Shown in pieces: positions 20,426-30,982 of a stretch of DNA of 64,000 nt. The notes beneath the pieces are model-generated. The model saw only the letters and a list, made by a program, of their open reading frames with translations, searched no databases and was not told the DNA's origin. The stretch's first letter is position 1. Every line of letters starts with the position of its first letter. This DNA is from a virus, in IMG/VR virus record IMGVR_UViG_3300050821_006746, positions 1 to 64,000 of that record, one strand, 5' to 3'. The position numbers and the translations under genes are program-made.

Positions 20426-20849
20426 TCATTCCCGCTGCTTCGGGCCAATCTCTAGTTGCGATGACTCGTAACACGTCACACAATACTCCTTTGGATTCCC
20501 GTCCACATATGTCTCGCGCATGTGCTTTTCACAGATAAAGAGTCCACAGTGGAAGCACTGATATGCTCGCTCTCCCCAACACAGGAGATGATACGTTTGC
20601 GGATCTCGCACCTGGCAACGCTGATAGCCTTCTAGTTCAATCATGGCTCACCTCCACATAGCGCTCTTCGTCTTTGTTGTACACAAATGGTACCCCATGT
20701 GCCTCTAGCCAATCGTAGATAAGCATGTACGTGCGTGTACCTAGTTGGCGTAGAGCCATGTGTTGACCGTGTTGTGCCTGATTGGAGGCAGTAGTCAAGT
20801 GATCTAGCTTCTCTGCTACTTCCTCACTGGTAGTCTGCTTGTCGATCAT
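20426..20849 (-). other. Two small genes (20637-20849; Zn-finger 20426-20644)
   Basis: Overlapping start/stop; CFHC..CEKH..CVTC. Confidence 0.65.
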
Positions 20850-21151
20850 GGTATAATCCTCCTGATTGGTGTTTGAGGGATTAACGAGCTAGTCTATCTC
20901 ACAACAGATAGACTAGCTACCGCGCTACTCTTCTGGCTTTACTACTTTTAGTCCCTCGTCTTCATTGACAATTTGCATCATTCCCGGCTTCTCCAACGAC
21001 TTACAGATAGAGCAGGGGCAAGGGATTTCTCTCTCGCCACGCCAACGATTGCCTTCTCAAACATCCTTGACCAGTTCCCAATAGCCGCAGTAGTCGCATA
21101 CAAGTATCATTACGCTGCTTTCGTGCATATTAGGCAGCGTGTGGAAATCTT

Positions 21152-21421
21152 TTAAGTTTGGCTCTTCGGCTTCTGCTTTGTCCATTGGATCTCCTTCTCC
21201 ATTTGCTCAATCCTTGTCAGTAATTGCCTACGCTCACCCTCATCGCTCAGCATGGCCGTCAGAGAGCGCGCATGACCAATCTTCTGCGCATTGTCCCTCT
21301 GTCGTATTTGCTCTTCTAGCCGTGCCCATCGTGAGCGGATGCGTTTGCTTTTGCGCCATGCCAAGAGCAGCGTAAGAATGACAGCAACCGCGTATATCAA
21401 GATAAACCAATCTATTTGCAC
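21152..21421 (-). CDS. Small single-TM protein
   Basis: N-terminal TM plus basic coiled coil. Confidence 0.6.
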   Translation of the reverse strand: MQIDWFILIYAVAVILTLLLAWRKSKRIRSRWARLEEQIRQRDNAQKIGHARSLTAMLSDEGERRQLLTRIEQMEKEIQWTKQKPKSQT

Positions 21422-21710
21422 GATTTTCCTCGATTTGAAATACTACGATCTAGAATAACACATTGAGCAATGTATGGTTATCGCGATATTCGTATCAAGC
21501 AATAACCCACCAAAATAACAACAAAACACTCCAGTGATTTTGGCAATGGATCTGCCTTTAACGAGAATCAAAGAAGAAGTTCAATGATCGCAATAACTAG
21601 CAAGGCAACCTTCACATCATAGCCTCTTGTGCGTATTTTTCTAAACACTTTGCCTCTCGCCTTTCGGGAGGTGATTACCCGAAGATAATCACCTCCAACC
21701 TGTCGGTTTA

Positions 21711-22898
21711 CTACTCGTTTACCAAGCGCAATGCCGGAATGTTGGGATCGGTTTTCCTGTCGGAACTCGACAGGTTCCTTAACCATTGGATCAGCGAAGA
21801 AATCAGGATCAACTCTTTATTGTTTGGGGTAACTTTTAAGTCTCCCCGTTTCAAAGCGTTGTTTATCTTCGCGGTTCCTAGCCCGGTATACTGAGTTATC
21901 GTCTCGACATTGGCCGACTTTACTCCGCTTTTTAACCAGAGGATGCATTTTTCTCCGTAGGCTTGTAGTGCGGTGTCTTCCGATTGATTGACTGATCGAT
22001 GCAACTCAGCATAGCCTTTTTGCGTTTCCGTTAGCAGGCTTTTTAAGCTCTCGATTTCATCGTTTTTCGCGTCGATCGTTGAGAGCAAACTTTCCTTTTC
22101 TTGGGAGGCAAACGCCAAGATGCTTGCCTTTTCACTGGTTAATGTGGCGATCAATCTGTCTTTTTCCACGCGCAACTCTGTCAATAACTTGTCTTTTTCC
22201 GTGTTCAATGCCGTTAAGGATGCTTGCATATCCGCTTTCAAACCTGCAAGCAAACCATCCTTTTCCGCCAATCTTTCGCGTTCCTGTGGCTTACCCAAAA
22301 AGAAGAAAATCAACGATCCAAACGCAAAGATAAAAGCACTATCAGCACGCAAGATAACGAAGAATGTTGGCATAGTGAAGCTAACATTTGCTACGCTGCA
22401 ACTGATGGTAATAAAGTCCATGAGCAGAAATGTTACCGCAGGTATCCCAAAAACGATGGCCCACAATCGAGACCAGAATCCACCTGTCTTCCACATTTTG
22501 ATATGACCAACGGTTTGCACGACTGCCAGTCCAACGATAAAAATGGGCAAGGCTACATATGCAGTTGTTGCCAGGTACGTGATATACGTTGCTGTATCTT
22601 CGCTCATATAGCGCAAGATCAACTCGTGAACGTTGGCATTTACACTCATCCAGAAGGACGCCATGAGAAAGATTAAATCGCTTGCTGTTCCTGCACTTAG
22701 AATCAGCCAATAGACGAGCGCCTTTGTCCACTCCCAGGAATACAGGATGCGTGCAAGGGAAGCAATGACATTCCCGATCCGATCCATCAGTTTGGGTTGC
22801 ATTGCTGGAACCGAGATCGCTGGTGCATTACCCTTGCCAAACCAGCCGCGCTTTTTCTTTGGCTGGCTAGAGATAATGATTTCTTTTTGCTCTACCAT
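21711..22898 (-). CDS. 4-TM, coiled-coil, C-terminal HTH protein (SpdB2/DUF2637-like architecture)
   Basis: Four TM helices, 11-aa EKD-type repeats, NVETITQYTGLGTAKINNALKRG. Confidence 0.6.
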   Translation of the reverse strand: MVEQKEIIISSQPKKKRGWFGKGNAPAISVPAMQPKLMDRIGNVIASLARILYSWEWTKALVYWLILSAGTASDLIFLMASFWMSVNANVHELILRYMSEDTATYITYLATTAYVALPIFIVGLAVVQTVGHIKMWKTGGFWSRLWAIVFGIPAVTFLLMDFITISCSVANVSFTMPTFFVILRADSAFIFAFGSLIFFFLGKPQERERLAEKDGLLAGLKADMQASLTALNTEKDKLLTELRVEKDRLIATLTSEKASILAFASQEKESLLSTIDAKNDEIESLKSLLTETQKGYAELHRSVNQSEDTALQAYGEKCILWLKSGVKSANVETITQYTGLGTAKINNALKRGDLKVTPNNKELILISSLIQWLRNLSSSDRKTDPNIPALRLVNE

Positions 22899-23035
22899 GA
22901 TAAGTCCTCCATAATCGCAATAATTTCTGTATCTTTAGGTGCTTCGGTGGGTGAGTCGGTGACATTCAGACGAGCTATTTTCCTCATGTTTACGCTCAAT
23001 TTTGTTACACGAGGGGCACCCACCGACCGACTCAC

Positions 23036-24643
23036 CTATTTACCCATCGACTTTTCAGCCATAGCTTTGAGATCGTCGAGTAAATCCCGTGCCTTATTCT
23101 CTCCACACTCAAAGCCTTGCTGAACCAGCCTGTCACGCAATGAATAACGAGAGAGCTTGCCTCCAACACTTACAACCTCGTTCCATATCGCCAATGCATC
23201 ATTAATGGTTGGCTCTGGCTTCTGCTCAGGAATGGCAATCTTGGGCATCTCTGGTATTCTCGCTTGCCTGTTTGTGGTTGCGTATACAGGCGTTCTACGA
23301 CTCGCTAACCGCTGCCTATGCTGATCGTAGCCACTCATACGCACATGTTGCCGTTGGGTTACAGGAAGCATCTCTGTGTGTCTCTCCTCGCGTGGCGTGG
23401 GACTAATCATATAATCCATCAGCTCGTCTTCTTCGCCACCGCCATATTCCTCAATTAGTCCTCGAATGTCGTTACTCGTCACATGCGGGATGCTGACAAG
23501 AATAGCATGCACCAGTGGACCACCGTCAAGAATGGCATAACCCGCGCAATCTTCGCCTGAGATCAGATGCAAGAGGTTTTTGATGGCATCAAACTCAATC
23601 CCAAGCATACTCGCCTGACGGTCTCCAGACTGGAAAGCATACTTGACACTCATAATATCCCTGGCAGATGACCCACCATCCCCAAACAGCGCAGCAGGCA
23701 TCGTCTGACCAGCGATAATCACGCGTATCTTGAGCTTTGCACCTTCAGCAATGAGAGAAAGCATCGTATCAGCCACTAAATCACGATCATCTTTGCGTTT
23801 CTTGAGGCGTACCATCAAAGCAACAAACTCATCTACAATATACAGGATTTCGCGTGTTTCTTCCCATTGCTGAATAGCCGCGCTCTCGCCCTTCTTCGCT
23901 CGTTTGTGCAGTGCATTGCGGCGGTCTCGCTCGTTTTGTATCCACTGGCAATCAGCGATCATTTCTTCTGGTTGATCGAAGATGGTAAAGTATGTGCCCA
24001 TTTCACTCGACACATCACCGTGTAAATCCCATCCTCGAATGATAGATCCGCGCATAACCGCCTGAGCCACATGGAACCGTAGGCAACTCGTCTTGCCTGA
24101 GCGTGGTAAACCGATAAGAGCGACGTTGACCGACTGCACAAAGGGAATACCTGAGATAAAGTGCTTGCCATCGAAGCCAAGAATATCGCGCTCAGGTGCA
24201 ATCAGATGCCTCATCTGAGCGAATGTCGGGCTACGCTGTGGGAGCATGCTCGTTGGCAGCGTGGGCTTCGGCTGTAATTCCTCCATTGCCTCATCCCCTT
24301 GTGTAACTGGCAATGGTTGTGCTTGTCCTGTTGTTACACAAGACTGATCGACTTCTTTGGGCATAGGTCGTGATGCCCTTCTTTTACTCACCCACCGTTT
24401 AGCGGCACGAAATCCTGGACCCAAGTACTTGGCGACTTTGGCATACTCTTCTGGTGTGCCATGACCCTCCAAAACGAGCAATGCTATCGTAACAAGACCG
24501 CCTGCAAACAAACCGGCAGGACCATGTGAAGCCAGGCCAATAAATGACCCACTAACACCAGCAGTACCCGTTACCACAATGGTTTTTCGCTTTGCTACAA
24601 TGCCATCAGCCTCTTTTGCATCATTTTGCTGAACCTCTTGCAT
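23036..24643 (-). CDS. FtsK/SpoIIIE-family (TraB-like) membrane ATPase
   Basis: N-terminal TMs, Walker A GLPRSGKT, Walker B LYIVDEF, IIAGQ motif, probable C-terminal wHTH. Confidence 0.8.
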   Translation of the reverse strand: MQEVQQNDAKEADGIVAKRKTIVVTGTAGVSGSFIGLASHGPAGLFAGGLVTIALLVLEGHGTPEEYAKVAKYLGPGFRAAKRWVSKRRASRPMPKEVDQSCVTTGQAQPLPVTQGDEAMEELQPKPTLPTSMLPQRSPTFAQMRHLIAPERDILGFDGKHFISGIPFVQSVNVALIGLPRSGKTSCLRFHVAQAVMRGSIIRGWDLHGDVSSEMGTYFTIFDQPEEMIADCQWIQNERDRRNALHKRAKKGESAAIQQWEETREILYIVDEFVALMVRLKKRKDDRDLVADTMLSLIAEGAKLKIRVIIAGQTMPAALFGDGGSSARDIMSVKYAFQSGDRQASMLGIEFDAIKNLLHLISGEDCAGYAILDGGPLVHAILVSIPHVTSNDIRGLIEEYGGGEEDELMDYMISPTPREERHTEMLPVTQRQHVRMSGYDQHRQRLASRRTPVYATTNRQARIPEMPKIAIPEQKPEPTINDALAIWNEVVSVGGKLSRYSLRDRLVQQGFECGENKARDLLDDLKAMAEKSMGK

Positions 24644-24661
24644 GGTCCTCTCCTTTCCTCA

Positions 24662-25213
24662 CTAGTGATGTATCCAAGCAACAATACCCTTGATAACGAT
24701 AAGATAAAGTGCGTAATACAACAGGCCAAAAGCCATCATAAACACGATGAGCGTAAAGCCAATTTGTTGCCATCCATTTGCTCCACCATTTGCTTGGTAG
24801 TCGGACACTGAGTCAAGCAGCATAATACCAAGACTGCACGCAATACAAATCCAACTTGCAACCCGATTATGCTTAAGTGTCGAGAACACCAATCCAGTGG
24901 AGAAGAAGAATTGCACAACCTCCATTCCCCAAGCATAGGTAAATGACTCTGCCTGCATACCAACCATATTGCCCTGGAAAAAGTCTATTGGCTGCATTAA
25001 TACACTGAAATGTGGCGCGATACTAACCACTAACGACGCGCCGTGAATAAACCATGACTCGCTCGTGGTCAGTTGTACAGTAACACCCCACAAGGCAAAA
25101 AACAGAAGGAGCACGCCTAGCAAGATAGCCCCTAGCGGGTGGTCGTGCATGGCACCGCTCCTTGTGGCCGGTGTCCCTGATCCTGCCCCTGTTGCCGTTC
25201 CTGCTCCGCTCAT
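24662..25213 (-). CDS. 4-TM membrane protein (Spd-like)
   Basis: Four hydrophobic helices; directly upstream of the FtsK-like gene. Confidence 0.7.
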   Translation of the reverse strand: MSGAGTATGAGSGTPATRSGAMHDHPLGAILLGVLLLFFALWGVTVQLTTSESWFIHGASLVVSIAPHFSVLMQPIDFFQGNMVGMQAESFTYAWGMEVVQFFFSTGLVFSTLKHNRVASWICIACSLGIMLLDSVSDYQANGGANGWQQIGFTLIVFMMAFGLLYYALYLIVIKGIVAWIHH

Positions 25214-25415
25214 TGCACTGCCTCCACAGGATATTCAACAATCACCATCTGCTCGTCGCCAATAACCACATCCTTACGTGGCTGCAATGGCTCTATACAA
25301 TAGCGCGGATCGTCCCCCTCCCACCCTTCGCGTATTCGCTCTGTACTTGTGGCTTGTTCGTCTGCCATATCGAGACTCCTCTTTCTATTGCCCTACCTGC
25401 ATCGTTCTACAGGTA

Positions 25416-25471
25416 GGGACTCACTCACTCTCCTCTACCTTCATCAGCTCAGCAGAGTGAGTGAGTCCCTC
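25416..25471. repeat. 17-bp inverted repeat of ACTC units
   Basis: AGGGACTCACTCACTCT / AGAGTGAGTGAGTCCCT. Confidence 0.75.
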
Positions 25472-25678
25472 ATTCAATTGCGCCCATCGCTGAGCACTCC
25501 TACAATTCCTCGTCTTCTGTCTCATGCGCCTGTTTCCACTCAGCAACCTGTGCGGCAAACGCTACCATAAATGGCGGCCATTGTAGCCACCCGTCCTGTT
25601 GGCACTCCTCCCATGTGCCGATTCATTGCTTGTTCTACTCCTCTCTTAGATCGTCTAGACGTAACCCATGCCGTCTGA

Positions 25679-27037
25679 TCAGGATTGCCGAACCTGGGCG
25701 AGAATAAAGGACATCTCCGCCTCAAAGTAATGCTGATGAGCCTTATCAACGGCACGCCGGTCTGATTCAAGTGTCTCCTGTCCACCTACTACTGCGTATC
25801 CTTTCTCAACCATCATCTGATGAGAAGTTAGAGTATCCAATGCGCGAACATAGGTAATATAAAGCTCAGCAACTTGTGCGTCTGTAACTTCTGGTTTGCT
25901 CATTATTCGCTACTCCTCACTTTGCTTTAATCCAGTACTGACCACTGTCCCTCAAGATAGGCAATCTGACGACTCCAATAATCTCTGCTTTTATCGTCTG
26001 TTGCCTGTTCATATCCCTCTTGCGCGAGACCCAAGTCTTCTGCGATGTTTGCCGCCTCCCGGACGCTTGCCTCTAGTGGCGTATCCCCTTCTGTCAGAGA
26101 AGCTTGCAGCCATTGGCGTTCATCGCGCTTGCCATGCTCATATGCGTCTTCGTGCTGTCTGCTCATTCGCTAAAATCCTCCTCATGCCTTACGCACCTTC
26201 ATACCCACGCAAAGCCCACAAATGCCATCATCCGTCACAAAGTAATACTCATCAATCTGAGCAGGCAAATGAGGCTTATGCAATCCAATGGTTGCCTGCT
26301 CGTGATATCCGCACCATATTGCGCATCGTCTAGAGCATATCTGCCCGTTGTGTTGCTAGGGACTAACGCATAAATTTGATCGTCGCTCATTCGCACTACT
26401 CCTCGCTTGCATAATAATCTTGCACGAATTGCCTGCACTGCTCATACGAGTACTCACTTTGTGCATTGTGCAGGTTGAGCGGCGTGAGTGTCATGAAACC
26501 TAGCTCGTTCAGCACATACTTTGCTGTGTCAGTTAAGAACTCGCACATCTCTTCTTCTGTTTGTTGCTCCATTTGCTTGCTACTCTCCTTCTTCGAGTAC
26601 AGGGCACCGCTTTACTGACTTTGGGTGAGTTTCCCCACATTCGGTACAATCGTAGTAGTTCTCTGCCAGGTCGCGGATTTCTTCTCGTTTCGCGTCCAGG
26701 GCTTTAACGAGATCCCATGCGGCTGCTGGTGAGATCTCCAGATTGATGTATGGTCCGGTAAAGCCGCCTGAGATCGTCACGCTATACGCCCCGCTTCGAT
26801 CAATCGTAACCTCCATTCGCACTACTCCTCCACAATCCGATAAAAAGTCGAGGAAGCGTGACATCGCCAGCCTTCATAGCTCGCGATCCAAGTCTCATCC
26901 CCGTTCTTGAATCGCGTGATCTCTTCGAGTTCGCCTATCACGTCGTATCCTCGCCTCTCGCTCTCATCGAGGAAAAGAACACGCTTTCCGATACGCGGAT
27001 CTTCTTCTAGCAGTTGTCCTTGCTCTATTTTGCTCAT
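25679..27037 (-). other. Array of small genes (25679-25903, 25927-26166, 26235-26390, 26580-26816, 26822-27037 and others)
   Basis: Most are preceded by a GAGGAGTAG..GAATG junction. Confidence 0.7.
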
Positions 27038-27088
27038 TCGTGCTACTCCTCTCGCTGTTCAACTGTCTCCGTAGAACGCAATTTCATG

Positions 27089-27121
27089 TTTTCAAATGCT
27101 ATACTCACTATCATTTGAAAA
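27089..27121. promoter_or_regulatory. Divergent promoter region with 10-bp inverted repeat
   Basis: TTTTCAAATG / CATTTGAAAA around the extended -10 TGCTATACT. Confidence 0.65.
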
Positions 27122-27133
27122 TGAGGTATATAA

Positions 27134-27733
27134 ATGCAATATCCCATCCCGCCATATCCCGAATATCACCCGATCCAACCCAAACGCTCTGCCTGGCAAC
27201 GCTTCCGCTCACTTGGTTGTGCCAAGCAGTCATTGTTCGGCTGCCTATCACTCATTATCGTTTTCGGTGCAATCCTCTGTGCCATCGGTACACCAGCGTT
27301 TGTACAAGGCTGGCAGGTGGTATCTGCTACCGAGACCGCTACTGTAGCGCGAGTTGTAGTGACACCATCCACTCAGGCGAGCATTCGCCCTCGCATGGGT
27401 GGCCCGCTGGATGATTTCGTAGCCACCTATGGCCAACCGACAGCAACCGCACCAGATAGCGAAACCTTCCTGAGCACCGATAAGCTTGTACGCATCACGG
27501 CCTATGTGACCGCTGGAACCACTATCGTGGATCGTGTCTACGTGACGGGTCCATCCACATGGAATGCCACCGATGATTACGCGTTTTGCCTGCAACTATT
27601 ACCCGATGATGCCCAGGAGTTCCAGCGCAACGTTGGGCCAATCAACTGGCTTGACTACCATAGCAGCATGGGCGAAATAGTCATGCAGTTGCAGGTGCCC
27701 ACGTGCTTGTTGTTTGTTAGCCCACCGTCTTAG
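27134..27733 (+). CDS. Single-TM exported protein (superinfection/entry exclusion candidate)
   Basis: TM LFGCLSLIIVFGAILCAIG, Thr-rich linker, MGGPLDDFVATYG domain; own promoter and terminator. Confidence 0.6.
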   Translation: MQYPIPPYPEYHPIQPKRSAWQRFRSLGCAKQSLFGCLSLIIVFGAILCAIGTPAFVQGWQVVSATETATVARVVVTPSTQASIRPRMGGPLDDFVATYGQPTATAPDSETFLSTDKLVRITAYVTAGTTIVDRVYVTGPSTWNATDDYAFCLQLLPDDAQEFQRNVGPINWLDYHSSMGEIVMQLQVPTCLLFVSPPS

Positions 27734-27798
27734 TGCTTCATCTCACAGTGGAGCAGAGCGCAACGCTCTGCTCCACACCGTACAATAAGCGAGACAAG

Positions 27799-28473
27799 CT
27801 AGTCCTTTGCCAAATCCCGAAATTTTAATGTTCGCCTCGGCCTTTGAAGCGATTTAATAAGTGCTTTTTTCAATCGCTTCTGTTCTAATGCCAATACTTT
27901 GGCTAATCGTTTTGCCTGAACATATTCTGCAAAGCCATCGAATACTTCTTGTGGAAGCGTATCTATCAAATAACGAAACACCAATTGAAGCATTTTGGGA
28001 TCACGGCCAATAACACCATTGAAATGGTTAATAAGCATTTCCAGCCGATCTACTTGAGAAGATTCAAGGTAAATCGTAATTTTGAGCGCCCCCTCTGAGA
28101 AAAGATCGCTATGTTCACGTTTTCCATGCTGATTATGAACATAATTCGTAAGATACGGACCGGCATAAATTTCTTGAATACACTCCACTTCATAAGCAAG
28201 CGCTTCGTCTTCATCGCTTGTTTCAAGTATTTTTGCCTTATCAACCTGCATGCCCTTTGCCCATATCGAACAGATAGCAACACACTTGGCACACCTACAC
28301 CCTTTTTCGGCTTCGATTTCGTGGGCATCCATACGACCAGCAGTGCCCTTACCTACATAGAAGATTACACCGCTTAAATCCGTGCCATTATCAGCAATAA
28401 AGCCTTGTGGATACGCATATCGATAGGTATAGTACTTTTTCTCATCCATAGAAATTATGCTCCATATAGGCAC
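27799..28473 (-). CDS. GIY-YIG (LEM3-like) nuclease-domain protein
   Basis: YYTYRY...FYVGKG..RMDAHE...EALAYE...LTN. Confidence 0.75.
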   Translation of the reverse strand: MPIWSIISMDEKKYYTYRYAYPQGFIADNGTDLSGVIFYVGKGTAGRMDAHEIEAEKGCRCAKCVAICSIWAKGMQVDKAKILETSDEDEALAYEVECIQEIYAGPYLTNYVHNQHGKREHSDLFSEGALKITIYLESSQVDRLEMLINHFNGVIGRDPKMLQLVFRYLIDTLPQEVFDGFAEYVQAKRLAKVLALEQKRLKKALIKSLQRPRRTLKFRDLAKD

Positions 28474-28569
28474 AAAGCCACTTCAGTGATATTATCTAAA
28501 GGTTCACACAACGAAAAGTTACAATTTTCGCTGCGAAGAATGGAGGCTAGCTACGTCCTAGCCTCTGGC

Positions 28570-29301
28570 CTATTTCCAGTGGTCTGGATGGTAACGATAT
28601 GTCAATCGAAACTGAGGGCCGACAAGGACAAGCTTGTTGAACATTATGGCAGTACCATCTGCCGATGTGCTCTTACGCCGAATTTCAAAAACCGGCTCTG
28701 TCCTTGCTATTTTTAGTGATTTTCGCTCTTCACCAGTTGGGAACCGCGTAATCACCTCATCCTCTGTTGTCTCGATAAACACCCCATGTTTCGCCTTGAT
28801 GGCACTAAGAACATCCATATCCTTATTAGCGCGCATGGCTTCAACAAACTCTCCAGCAAGAGACGCTGGGTACCAATTCTCTGCAATGCGAAGAGGCTGA
28901 TCGTCGGCGCTCTGTAATCTCATGCGATGGACCACACGCAAACCAGAGGATTGTTTAAAGATCTGAGCTAAATCTGGCGGCAATTCCTCGATGGTCGGAT
29001 CAATAAGGTTTTCCATGATTGGCTTTAATCCATGATCCGATAGGTACTTGTCAAATGTTGGCGTAATACCCGGCAAATCCAATAATGGATAGTTAACCGT
29101 CAAGTACTTCCCTTTCTCTCTGATATATCCCTCAGAGCGAAGGTACTGTATAACGTAATACACAGTGTTGCGCGCTACATTCCATCTTTCGGCCAGTTCT
29201 GCTGTTGTTGGAATACGGCCAGAACCGGCATGACCATAAACGCCGCTAACGATCTCTTTCCGCAACTGAGAGGCTAATTCCTCCGTGCGGTCATTTGCCA
29301 T
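28570..29301 (-). CDS. GntR/HutC-family regulator with UTRA domain (KorSA-like)
   Basis: RIPTTAELAERWNVARNTV..LRSEGYI wHTH plus UTRA; RBS GGAGGTG. Confidence 0.9.
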   Translation of the reverse strand: MANDRTEELASQLRKEIVSGVYGHAGSGRIPTTAELAERWNVARNTVYYVIQYLRSEGYIREKGKYLTVNYPLLDLPGITPTFDKYLSDHGLKPIMENLIDPTIEELPPDLAQIFKQSSGLRVVHRMRLQSADDQPLRIAENWYPASLAGEFVEAMRANKDMDVLSAIKAKHGVFIETTEDEVITRFPTGEERKSLKIARTEPVFEIRRKSTSADGTAIMFNKLVLVGPQFRLTYRYHPDHWK

Positions 29302-29314
29302 AAACACCTCCTTC

Positions 29315-29374
29315 GTCCTATACATTTTTACATAGGACAATTATGATTATAGACCACAAATTATCCTATGTCAA
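29315..29374 (-). promoter_or_regulatory. Consensus promoter of the GntR gene with ATAGGAC operators
   Basis: TTGACA-N17-TATAAT; GTCCTAT (29315), ATAGGAC (29332), ATCCTAT (29363). Confidence 0.85.
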
Positions 29375-29488
29375 CCTTTTGCTCTATCTGGCTTTATCTC
29401 TTTGACATACCACACTGCGTAATGGCAACATAATCATGTTCCTACTTGAACAGTAGCAGAACATGATTATGATAAGGAGAGTGCGAGT

Positions 29489-30472
29489 ATGGCAAGAGTC
29501 TATGTGATCTGCAACACGAAAGGTGGAGTTTTTAAGACCACGAATACAGCGCAGCTTGGCTATGGATGTGCTAAACGTGGATACAAAGTGGCGATACTGA
29601 GCATGGATGCTCAATGCAATGTGGACTATTCCCTCCTGGGATACATTGAAGATGAGGAAGAGCTAGATGATGGGGCACTACAACAGTTCCAAGAAGAGTT
29701 TAAGGAGTTTGATGATGAGTATGTGTTGGAAGCAGAGGCAGAAATTGTAGATGAAGACGAAGAAGAGGAAAAGCCATATCCAGGCTTAGGTATCCCCACA
29801 CTTTACGATGTCATTATTGGCATCAATGGAGACCAGCGAAAAAAGCGTCCCATTCGAGATGTGATTGTGCAAATTCCACAACAACCAAATCTCTTCATTG
29901 CAAAAGGATCAATTGCGCTCTCAGACATGGATATCAATCTCTCTGCCGTAAGCGGGCGTGAAAAAATTCTCAAGCGTGCAATCGAATCCATTCAGGACGA
30001 GTTTGATATCATCCTGATTGACACGCCGCCAACGCTTGGGCTAGCACCTGTCAATGCCTTTGTTGCCGCTGGTAGCCGAAAAAACACTAAAGACAATCGC
30101 ATTAATGGCGTGATTATTGCTATTTCTCCACAGATCTATAGTGTTTTAGGAATCAGAATTTTGATGGGTGCATTTATTCAGTTGCGAACACAGTTAGAAA
30201 TACCACTTCCTATTTTCGGCGTCATTTGCGCTAACGTCAAAAGAACAAAAAACGCAAAGAAGCGCATGCAGCAAGTTCGAGGATTCTTTGGTAATGCTGT
30301 TTTTAAGACGACAATCCCACAAAACGAAAAAGTGGAGGAAGCAGCCGATACGCAGTTACCCTTAACTCAGTTTGCTCCCAACAGTGCAGGCGCAAAGGCA
30401 TACGACACGCTAACAGAGGAGTTTCTGAGGCGGGCTGGTCTTCCGCTTGCAAAGGAGGGAAGCAATGCCTAG
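29489..30472 (+). CDS. parA: ParA/Soj-family ATPase with acidic insertion
   Basis: KGGVFKTT, MDAQCN, ILIDTPP, C-terminal GAKAYDTLTEE. Confidence 0.9.
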   Translation: MARVYVICNTKGGVFKTTNTAQLGYGCAKRGYKVAILSMDAQCNVDYSLLGYIEDEEELDDGALQQFQEEFKEFDDEYVLEAEAEIVDEDEEEEKPYPGLGIPTLYDVIIGINGDQRKKRPIRDVIVQIPQQPNLFIAKGSIALSDMDINLSAVSGREKILKRAIESIQDEFDIILIDTPPTLGLAPVNAFVAAGSRKNTKDNRINGVIIAISPQIYSVLGIRILMGAFIQLRTQLEIPLPIFGVICANVKRTKNAKKRMQQVRGFFGNAVFKTTIPQNEKVEEAADTQLPLTQFAPNSAGAKAYDTLTEEFLRRAGLPLAKEGSNA

Positions 30473-30911
30473 TAATCCGCTTGGCAACAAGCCAAAGCGC
30501 GCACTCTATCAAAACACCGATGCACCAGAGCAAGAACTTGTTACAGAGGAGAAACAAACCGAAGTGAAGCAAGAAACAATACAAATCAAGCCAGAGGAAA
30601 GCGCAATACCAATACGCACAGAGCAACCACCGATACAGATAGCGTTAACCTGGCAGCGAGCTGGCCAACCATCATCCCACGACCGTAGAAGCAAAGTTCC
30701 ATTCAACGATCGCTACTCCAAAGATAACATCATGGTAGACAAACGCCTAGAGCCTTACTACCTCCACTATCTTGCGCAATGCAGATCGAAGGTAGAGGGA
30801 TCAAACGCAATGTTGCTAGAATTTCTTATCTCGAAGGGCTATCCGATTGATCCTCATCTTCTCGATAGAGCGTTTACACCAGAGGACGTACCACACCCAC
30901 CAAAGGAATAA
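30465..30911 (+). CDS. Putative centromere-binding partner of ParA (type Ib-like)
   Basis: Overlaps the parA stop; disordered N-terminus and a small C-terminal domain. Confidence 0.55.
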   Translation: MPSNPLGNKPKRALYQNTDAPEQELVTEEKQTEVKQETIQIKPEESAIPIRTEQPPIQIALTWQRAGQPSSHDRRSKVPFNDRYSKDNIMVDKRLEPYYLHYLAQCRSKVEGSNAMLLEFLISKGYPIDPHLLDRAFTPEDVPHPPKE

Positions 30912-30921
30912 CCCAAACCCT

Positions 30922-30950
30922 AGAGGCTACTGATATGTACAGTAGCCTCT
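30922..30950. terminator. Hairpin after the par operon
   Basis: AGAGGCTACTG / CAGTAGCCTCT. Confidence 0.7.
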
Positions 30951-30982
30951 CACTATATGCTGATAGCCTCCTAATGTTTATC

